NCBI GenBank assembly: GCA_951406725.2
Contig: OX597814.1
Coordinates: 94,426,001 to 94,490,000 of the forward strand
Source: Octopus vulgaris
Lineage: Eukaryota
Reading direction: 5' to 3'
Length of the DNA: 64,000 bases
Part shown: piece after piece, positions 52,956-64,000 of the stretch
How positions within the stretch are numbered: the stretch's first letter is position 1
Layout: each line of letters opens with the position of its first letter
Made by a program: the position numbers and the translations under genes
The notes under the pieces: generated by a model
Told to the model about the DNA's origin: nothing
Seen by the model: only the letters and a program-made list of their open reading frames with translations
Databases searched by the model: none

Positions 52956-53275
52956 AATGTATATATGTATATACGTATATATATATACATATATATATAT
53001 ATACCTATGGAGATACATGTATATATATATATGTGTGTGTGTGTGTGTACGTATACTACACACCTATATACATCTACATGCATTCGCTCAATTAGAGAGG
53101 ATCAAAACAGAATATTTCGATGTAAATATGAATATCTAATGTTTGATGTTTAAGAGGAGTGCAGAATATTGGAAATGCAGTGTTTAATAGCCATAGGCAG
53201 GCAATATACATTTATATATAAAGGCATATATGTGGAACCGCATGCGGACGCTTTGGTATGTATGCACACACGCAC

Positions 53276-53325
<50 letters not shown>

Positions 53326-53498
53326 TCACGCTCTCTTTTTCTATCTTATACTGAGCGTCGAGATATAATATATTCTATAATATATTCCATGTGTACGTCC
53401 ATTTTGGCTTTAATTTTATTTTTAATTTTCGATTTTACTATAGACAAGGTTACGGATACGTAGATACATACAGAAATATTTACATACATACATATATT

Positions 53499-54045
<547 letters not shown>

Positions 54046-55136
54046 GAAAGGTGCATGCCTGGTTAATATAAATTGAATGGGAATGTTACAAAATAGAAAA
54101 AATATATTTTGCACACACGACTTCTTGCCTCTTTGAGGACTGCTACTTTCCTCGTATTAAATTGAATATTACCATGAATATTTCCCTCTGGTAATCTTTT
54201 AATGAAAGACACTATATTAATATTTATATGAGAATATATATAATGCTGGCGAAAACTCGTGAGCTTATTCCTCTCTATTTGGGAGAATTTAGTTTGTGTA
54301 CGCGTAGGTACGAGTGTGTATATATTCGTGGTAGTATTTGTGTATATAGGCGTATATTTTTGTCTTTTGTGTGAGTGTGTGTGTGTGTGTGTGTGTGTAT
54401 TCGATTTTGTACTTACAATCTTTTATAACTACACCTTTTTCTCTTTTACTTAACTCATAATATTCACGAAGACACCTATGAATTGCTCCCTCTGACGTAC
54501 TTGTTGCTTTTATATTTTGTATATAGTTAGATGTTTTTTGTTCTATGAGGAAGCTTTTGAGCGTTTTGCAGCGTGTACAGATGTGCTTATCGTACGTTAA
54601 CCCGAACATGTCTCTATACATGCCTTCTTACCTATGTATGTGTAGGTGGGCTCATAGGAGTAGTTTTGTCCGTCTACTTATGAGCTCTTGAGCTTGTGTG
54701 TGCTTGTGTGTGAGTGTGTGTGTGTTATTTATGAGTAAGCAGATTTATGTATGTACTATGTGTAGATGTATGTGATTGTGTATGCTCCTGTGTTACTGCG
54801 TGGGAATAACTGTGCATCATAGTATGGTTGAGTCTACATGTGTATGTCTGTGCATGCCAGTATCCATGTGCAGTCCTATGATACATACATGTATACATGT
54901 GTTACAGTGTATCAGCACATATACTTTCGTGCCAATGGCAGCATACCTTAATGTGTTTGCGTGCTCCTGTGTGTGTCTGTGTGTCCGATAGATGTGCATA
55001 TGTATTTACTTATTTTTGTTTATCTACCTGTGTACCTGCCTTCATGTATGTATGCGGGCATCTGGGGTATGCTTGTATATATACGTGTCCTTCAGCATGC
55101 TACTATAATTGCGTGTGTCTGCATTTATGTTATATG

Positions 55137-55191
<55 letters not shown>

Positions 55192-55469
55192 ATATATATA
55201 TACACACACATATATATCTATATATATATATATATGTATATGTGTATGTGTGTGTGTATGCATGTATGTATGAGGGATTATGTATCATGTAATGTTGTGT
55301 TGCATATGTGATCTTTTACAGCCATTGATAAAAATCAATCGCTGTGTTTCTAGTATTTATATTTTACTGCATCATATAACCATTATGTATGTATACATGT
55401 ATGTATGTATGTATGAATGTATGTATGTATGTATGTATGTAAATATGTATGTGTGTATGCATTTATATA

Positions 55470-55502
<33 letters not shown>

Positions 55503-55561
55503 GAATGTATATGTATATATATACACATGTATATATGTATTTACGTACTTACTTGCATGTT

Positions 55562-55641
<80 letters not shown>

Positions 55642-55705
55642 AACATATGTATATATGTATATGTGAATATATGCATATATATACATACATATAGACACAC
55701 ACACA

Positions 55706-55759
<54 letters not shown>

Positions 55760-56540
55760 GCATTTCAGCATATATGCATATTTACATATCTACGGACAAA
55801 CAACATATATGTGTGCATACATATATAAACGCACACAAAAAAACACACACAAACATACGCACACATGCACACACACAATCACACACGCATTGCGAAACAT
55901 GCATCGCAATCTTTGACACAGGCAAAACGGTGACGCGACTGTTGCCATGGCTACATTCCAAGAAATTTTGCAATCGAGTTGACTAGTAATGATCCGTAAT
56001 GCGACAAAATGTTATTCAACGAGAACATCTTAAAAGTCAAATACACGAAGTGGCCATTCGAAACAAGGGTGACGTATAAAAAAAAATAATAATAAACAAC
56101 ATAACGAACATCTGACATTACTATATACACGGAAATGCAGCAAGAACATCAAACATACTATACACCCAGGCAAACACACGCTACACACATACGCTGAAGC
56201 ATCAAATCGTGCGATCACGCACACACAAGCATATCACAACCTTCATGTTAAAGAGGCAAAATTGGAAATGCGGCAACTCTACTAATACATTAAACACATA
56301 TGGAACGTATGTGTTAAGACGACATTTAACTCTGTTATGTGTACTGTATCGCAGTTTGGTGTCATTACTGCACATGACTGCTATAAACAGCTCTCTGTCA
56401 ACGTAGTTGTAAGTACATATAAATATACATACATGTATGCACACACACACACAAACACATACTCATGCACACACATATAAATATACATATATGCGTACGT
56501 GTATGTATATGTGTATGTGATATATATATATATACATATG

Positions 56541-56601
<61 letters not shown>

Positions 56602-56641
56602 CATACACATAAACATTCCCGTGTGTATATATATATAAATA

Positions 56642-57019
56642 CACAGAGGCTGGAGAAAATAATGAAAACACCTAGCATCATAGCATCATAATTTTGAAAT
56701 ATCTATAAAAGCGTCAAAGTCTTGTTTATTTTTTTTCTTATTTATTATTAGTGTTGCTTAATATGTTTTGCTAAAATTGCTGTTTCTTTTCAGAAAAACG
56801 TCATTAAAATTCATTAAAATGACATATATCGGACTTTCAAAGAGGTGAAATTGTTGGTGGTCGTATGTCAGGTGCTAGCGAAACGAAAACAGCCGAAATG
56901 TTTGGTGTATCAAGAAGTACTGTCTCGAAAGTAATGACTGCCTTTGAAAAAGAGAGAAAAACTTCCTCATCGAAACAAAACTCCGGAATAAAACCAAAAC
57001 GTTCAGATAGGGACCGTCG
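56642..57019 (+). mobile_element. Tc1-like transposon left end with N-terminal transposase
   Basis: TA + cacagaggctggagaaaataatgaaaacacct end; SDFQRGEIVGGRMSGASETKTAEMFGVSRSTVSKVM paired-like HTH, then SGIKPKRSDRDRR. Confidence 0.85.
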
Positions 57020-57265
57020 GTTGTGTGTGGAGATGTGTGGGAGTATTTTTAGATCTGGCATAGTATTTCATTTAACTTCCCTTAATGTTTGTATGTCTGT
57101 TTCTTTCGCTCGTTTAATCCCGTCATTTATTAATGATGTGTGGTAACATCTCCTGATTAGTGTTGATTTAAGTTCAAGAAATCACGAGTATTGTTATCCG
57201 AAACTATGGTACAGATTCTTTTGGCTAGATTATAAGGTATATAGCAGATCTGTGTTTGTACTAAT
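57020..57265 (-). mobile_element. Penelope-like RT C-terminal fragment
   Basis: IPYNLAKRICTIVSD...SLINDGIKRAKE...LKILPHISTHN; homologous to the 18896 copy. Confidence 0.85.
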
Positions 57266-57364
57266 GTGTATATGTATTCACTAATACACACTCACACACA
57301 CAAACCATGCTGTAAAACTGTATTAAGAAATCCTCATAGAATTTCAAATATATTTTTTTTTATT

Positions 57365-57472
<108 letters not shown>

Positions 57473-57507
57473 GAGATTACCTTTTTCTTTTATATTTTCA
57501 GGGCCAG

Positions 57508-58150
57508 TAAAATATATTCGTTTAAGATCTTGGCAGCAGGTCAGCAATTTCATGGAAATGGGTAAATCAATTACATCGAGCCCAGGCATAAACTGGTACT
57601 TATTTTATCGACTCCGAGAAGATTAAAGCGAAAGTCGACCTCGGTCGAATTTGAACTCGGAACGTAGACGGACGAAATCCTTCTCAGCAATTTTCCCAGT
57701 CTGCTAACGGTTCTCCTTACTTGCCGCGTTCAGGATCGATGTAATATATTGTCATCAATTACCGGGTCAATTTAATCAACAATTCTCTCCATCAAGCTTT
57801 CTGGCCTTGAATGTATGTTAGAAATTATCAGGAGGAATGATTAGAAGAACCGTTAGACTGCCGAAGAAAGCACCTACATTGCTTTTTCCGGCTCTTAATG
57901 TTCTGATTTTAAACTCCACCTTGCCATTCGTTCCTCTAAGTTCGTTAAAATAAAGTACTGTTCATATACTGAGGTTGATGTAATCAATCACCAGGCATGG
58001 TGATGTAGGGAAAAGTTTGTTTCCCAACTAGATGGTTCCAGATTCAGTCCCACTACGTAGCACCTTCTGTAAGTGTCTTCTATTATAGCCTCGGACCAAC
58101 CAAAATTTTGTAGGTGGAATTGGTAAACGGAAACTGAAAGAAGCCCATAC
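57508..58150. mobile_element. SINE cluster (family A minus, family A plus decayed, family D plus)
   Basis: Copies at 57508-57730 (-), ~57830-57990 (+) and 57993-58150 (+). Confidence 0.75.
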
Positions 58151-59880
58151 ATGCATATATAGTGTGTGTATTTTATTGATAATACAGCTGTGACTCAGTT
58201 TCATACATACGCATCAAGACTTACTGGAAGTTGATTTTATAGAAAGTACCTATCAACTAACATATGAGTGTTTATGAACTAATTACAGATATAATTAAAA
58301 CTCGAAGGGCATCAGATTAAGAGAATGAGTATTGAAAATCTCAGTTCTTTGCAGCATCTAATTAAGCCCCTTTTTACCCGAACCTCAATTGCCACATTTT
58401 ACCCGAAGTTCAATTTCCAAATATGCTTCTAGGTATTTCGGGGTATTTGGAACAAATGCTTAATCAATTGTTTATAACTGTCTTTCAAAAGTTCTCTTAT
58501 TGTTCAATTCTTATTAAAATTGGTCAAATTTGTATATGTAACTGAATTTAAAATAGTCTAACAATGACACCAACAATACCAGAACTAAAATTATAGCGTA
58601 TTCGTCTAATGATTAGTGGAAAAAGATTATACCTTTGTAAGAATGTCGATATGAAAATCTCAGAGAATGTAACAGATTCTCATCTCTTCTACGATGCGTT
58701 AAATATCGCCCTACGAATTCTCTTTGAAGTAGTTCATTTTAAAATATTTCGTTAATAGAAAGCTGCTATATAATTCAATTATTTCTTATCAGAGATTTCG
58801 ACCAGTTGTCTAGGAACTCCAATCGTGTTTGTTGCTTTCATGTCACAAATTATCAGTTAAAACAGACTATCAGCGTTTGCCAAAGGCTGAACATATGGTA
58901 TGATATGTAAGTGTATGCATGTGTATACTTGTATGTGTCAATCTATAGCGAAGCGCGTTGACAACAGTGCACATTACCACATGTAATAAGAATATAGCGA
59001 AATACGATAGCTTTAACACCGCAGTAAATCAATTATTCGTTGAGGCATATATTCGTGTGACACATACGTTTCAAAATTATACATTTAAAACGCAACATTA
59101 GGTTCTGCTGATTAATGTTATAGTGTTAGGTAAACTCATTTCTTGATTAAATAAATTTTATGTCATTTTATTATTCTCACTTCTACACACGGATATACAC
59201 ATTCACATATAAGCACAGCTACCCTTGTACACCCCACACGCACATGCATACCAGGAATACATATATAATGGACACTAGAACGAACGTTTCAGTTCTTCAG
59301 CCATCGGAACAAACCAATCATTAAATTAGTGTTCGTGTTTCAATATTCGGCAATCCTAGATATGACTTCAAACTGAATCTAATTGAGAGGCCCTAATTCG
59401 ATAGATCAAGTATTTTGAAAAGTGTGAAACCACCTCTTAGTCACTATCATTTCCAGATCAACTCTGATCCTGCGCAGTAACACATGTCAGATTCCCAACA
59501 ACAGCTTCAATAGCATGTGTAAGAACCCGAACCAAGGTGCGTTGAAATCACGGGTGTCCTAGCATGATCGAAGTGAAATATTTCAATAGATGAACTAAAA
59601 TCAATGGCGAATATCATTAAATGTTGAATAGATAAACAGATAACAAACTCTCAATGACCAGGCTCAACTAGGTCAGTTGTCAATCTTTAAGATAGCGAAA
59701 GACCAGTGTGACTAAAACCATACAACCCAATCCAGTTTGGCGTGGGAGTGTTCTATTGATCCGGGCAAGTCACCTGACTGGATAGTTCCACAGATATTTG
59801 CAACCTTGATATATTTCTCAAATAAGATCAGTGTATCGCACGCAAGCACGCGCGCGCGTACATACCGACACACACATTAT

Positions 59881-59999
59881 TCTTATACAATAATTTTGTT
59901 AACAGTAACTTCAAAGTCTCGGCCAGTTAAGCCATCGCCGGCCGATGGCTCAGCTGGGCGAAACATCAGAGTTACTGTGAGCAACATTCTTGTATAAGA
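59881..59999. repeat. ~120-bp hairpin with GC-rich apex
   Basis: tcttatacaa/ttgtataaga, acagtaact/agttactgt and agccatcg/cgatggct pair around a 5-nt loop. Confidence 0.88.
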
Positions 60000-60257
60000 T
60001 TAATAAATTTGTACTATACAAAAGTATAGAGTAATCCATCAGATTCATATAAAAAGTGTATTTATTATGACTAAACATAAAACCAATATTGTACATACCG
60101 TCCAAAGCTTTGGAGTTTTTGATAGTTTTTGAAGGTATCGGCACTTCAAGTATGCTGGAGAAAAGTTGTTTCGCCCGATCTCCCTTGATATAATTATTTA
60201 CATATGAACATTATTATTAATTTAATGTATTAATTGCCTATACATTTTTATAGCATA

Positions 60258-60312
60258 CAGTGATCCCTCGCTACTTCACGGTTCAAGTATCGCGGATTCA
60301 CGACTTCGCGGC

Positions 60313-60346
<34 letters not shown>

Positions 60347-60720
60347 GAACACCTAAATTTTTTCATTAAATCCATTAAAATATTGATAATAAATATTATT
60401 TCCTAGTCTAGGAACAACAAAACAAGCGTAAAATAGCAAAAAAGCATATAGAAGGGTATTTGAACTTAAGACGGGCTGTGATTGGTGCAATGGAGAGAGA
60501 CGACGAATCACAGCTTTCTATCTTCTAATCTGGCCTGTGATTGGTGCTTTGACCGATGCTCAGATCCGCAGCATCTTCCCTTGTCTCTCTCTCTCCCTCT
60601 CTCCCGCTCTCTCTCTCGCGCGCGCGGCAATTTCGGTTCAAGCTTTCTCACCGAGTGGTTTACTGTTATTTGGCACATATGTATATGCCTGTAATATTTA
60701 AATTTGAGAATGTAAATTGT
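60258..60720 (+). mobile_element. pogo/Tigger-like DNA transposon left end
   Basis: TA + cagtgatccctcgctacttcacggtt...tcgcgg subterminal motifs; no right TIR or ORF seen, 3' limit approximate. Confidence 0.6.
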
Positions 60721-61449
60721 TTTATGAAACGAAAAAATCATTACTTGTTCAGACATTATACACCTAACGCTGCATTGTTCATTTAACTACAATATAGGAC
60801 ACGACATGAAATAGGCGTAACTATTTCGAGCAGATCATACGACTATATGGATAATCCGTAAGTGGCTCTGATATACCCTTGGTAGTGTAATTGCTAGACA
60901 GACAATAAATTTCACTTTGGAAACATTTTTTTATTGTCTGTTCTGTGTTTGTTCGTTTGGTGCTAGGAATTAACCTATACGATTTCGTGATTTGAACTCG
61001 ATCGTAACTTAATATGTGTATAAGCGTTTGATCTAATGAACAAACATTCATTATTTATGATAATCGATTAATTAATGGAATAGTATTTGGCTTCATAATT
61101 TTCACTGACTCATCATTTTGTAAACATAGTCGCTAATTGGTTACCAAATAAGACGATAAATATTGGACACATACAACAAAGAGAGAGAAGGGAGAAAGAG
61201 ACAGACAGACAAACAGATGAATAGTCAGACAGATAGACACACAGTAATAGACAAATCACATTAGGTAAGAAACTTCCACAAATTGACCCAAAATATTACA
61301 CGGATTAAGTTTCGGCTTACACAAGGCTACATTTTTAATATATTTGGTTAATAATAACATGGCCTCCAGTTCAATCCGCTCTGCAGCATCGTCGCCCATC
61401 CGTAGACTAATGCGGGAAATTTAGTTGATACATCGTTGGATGCCTTCCA

Positions 61450-62040
<591 letters not shown>

Positions 62041-62196
62041 ATATCGATATTTAAATATCAAGTACTGGGCTTACAAAAGAATAAGTCCCAGGGTCGAGTT
62101 GCTCGATTAAAGGCGGTGCTCCAGCATGGCCGCAGTCAAATGACTGAAACAAGTAAAAGAGTAAAAGAGTATACATACATACATACATACATACAC

Positions 62197-62805
62197 AGCC
62201 ATAGCCATAATGAGAAGGAGTACTGGTGGAATGTCCCCGTGAAAACCGCAAACAAATGTAAACATAACAGACCTGACTTTGTGATTTGGGACGGAGAAGA
62301 GAAACTGTGTACTATTGTGGATATCAGTTGTTCATCGGATGTTAACATAAAGCCAAAGATCAGCAAAAAAGAAAATAACTACGCTGAACTATTGAAAAAT
62401 CTACAGTTGCTCTTTCCAGATTACAAGTTCAGGTTTATACCTGTAATTACTGGAGCACCGAGATATATAACACACTGCCTAAGTACCTATCTTGAGAAAT
62501 TGGGTTTCTCAAAACCAGAAAAGAGAAAGTTGATACGAATACTAGTGACCCAACAATCACTGGATATATAAAAATTTGTAAAACTTTCCAGTTTATCATT
62601 TAAGCATATATGAGCGTGTCTAGAGATGCAGCTATATGCACGATAAACAAACAGATCTGTATGTAGTATAATAACAGACACACGCACACACACACACACA
62701 CACGTATGTATGTGTGTGTGTGTGTATATATATATACATACATACATGCAAAAGAATTCTGTTGATGTTGAAATTCCAATAAAAAAGTTTTGGATCTAGA
62801 TTAGA
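62197..62805 (+). mobile_element. R4/Dong-clade 3' fragment (restriction-like endonuclease plus 3' UTR)
   Basis: YWWNVPVKT...HNRPDFVIWD...CTIVDISC..DVNI..K..KENNY..L...FIPVITGA is a PD-(D/E)xK RLE domain; starts after (TACA)n. Confidence 0.85.
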
Positions 62806-63037
62806 AGAAAGTATGTGTGTAAATAATCATGTAGAGAGGGATGTAGTGGGAAGTTTACTTAACAACCATATGCTCTGGGATCCATGTCCACAGTGCAGCA
62901 CCTTGGATAAGTGTCTTCTGTAAAGCCTCGTAAAGGGATCTGATTCATGAACACTGGAAAGAACTCGTCGTATGTTTATGTCTGTGTGTGTATGTTTTTA
63001 TGTCTTTACCACGGTTAAACAACGATATATATATATT

Positions 63038-63213
63038 CGCCATAATAGATCGCTAGCCACTAAACATTTTTATTTTCTCTCCCTGTATATTTCTGTGTTC
63101 CTTTCTGTCGAAGAGCGTAAGCTGGTAACGTAAAGGACTTTCTCACTTCCCGAGCGTTAAACTAATAATCTGTTGTTTACACACCAGTCTTTGTCTGGTT
63201 TTTTTCTAAATTC

Positions 63214-63220
<7 letters not shown>
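63038..63220 (+). mobile_element. Short repeat between (TA)n tracts, putative Penelope solo pLTR
   Basis: Contains ctttctgtcGAAGAGCgtaaGCTggtAACGTAaagg, like a decayed minimal hammerhead. Confidence 0.4.
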
Positions 63221-63254
<34 letters not shown>

Positions 63255-63303
63255 TATAAATTTATATATATATATATATAAATTTATATATATATTTATA
63301 TAT

Positions 63304-63336
<33 letters not shown>

Positions 63337-63465
63337 ATTTATATTTATATAAATATATATATATATTTATATATTTATAGTTGTAAAAAATTATTACCTT
63401 TGTATGGTATTTATTCCCATGCTGGCCACTTGATATTTAAATATCGATATTATCCCTATTTATAA

Positions 63466-63496
<31 letters not shown>

Positions 63497-63569
63497 CACG
63501 CATATATATATATATATGTATATGTATATATATGTATATATATGTATACATATGTATATATATATATAA

Positions 63570-63619
<50 letters not shown>

Positions 63620-63624
<5 letters not shown>

Positions 63625-63669
63625 CTGGACCAATCTTTGGTCGAAACATATCTAAGTTTAATCTAAGTT

Positions 63670-63670
<1 letters not shown>
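63620..63670 (+). mobile_element. ~50-bp LINE 3'-terminal stub in (TA)n
   Basis: Aligns to 15514-15550; stem-loop gaccaa-tct-ttggtc plus (atctaagttt)2 tail. Confidence 0.65.
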
Positions 63671-63696
<26 letters not shown>

Positions 63697-63700
<4 letters not shown>

Positions 63701-63925
63701 GTTGCTCCAGTTCACTTGGCTGTAGAAATGTGTTGCGACGTCACTGGTGCCAAGCTCTATCGGCCTTTGCCTTTCCCTCGGATAACATCGGTAGTGTGGA
63801 GAGTGAAGGCTGGTATGTATGGGCGACTGTTTGTCTTCCATAAACAACCTTGCCCGGACTTGTGCCTGGGAGGATAACTTTCTAGGTGCAATCTCATGGT
63901 CATTTGTGACGAAATGGGGTCTCCG
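63697..63925 (+). mobile_element. SINE family C, 5'-truncated
   Basis: Homologous to 12530-12750. Confidence 0.8.
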
Positions 63926-64000
63926 ATAATAATCACACAAACACACACATGCACACCTACAGAGTAGATGTATGCTTGTGTGATTGTATGGACTTGTAAC

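Overview
AT-rich eukaryotic genomic DNA packed with microsatellites ((TA)n, (CA)n, (TACA)n, (GATA)n, (GAA)n, (GTA)n) and transposon remnants. The tRNA-derived SINE families resemble those of octopus/cephalopod genomes (inference, not verified). Most ORFs in the supplied track are microsatellite artefacts. Supported elements: over 20 SINE copies of 4-5 families, several with clear target-site duplications; a full-length dead mariner (2832-4122); a second decayed mariner; Tc1 and pogo/Tigger ends; a non-autonomous Helitron; R4/Dong, CR1-group and Penelope-like retroelement fragments. Two signals not explained by standard features: (1) six phase-compatible minus-strand candidate exons over ~38 kb that give a divergent, possibly ionotropic glutamate receptor-like N-terminal domain; (2) several fold-back palindromes, two of which turn at a hammerhead-ribozyme-like core, in a window rich in Penelope fragments. 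No CRISPR, rRNA or true tRNA genes were seen. All identities were judged by eye.
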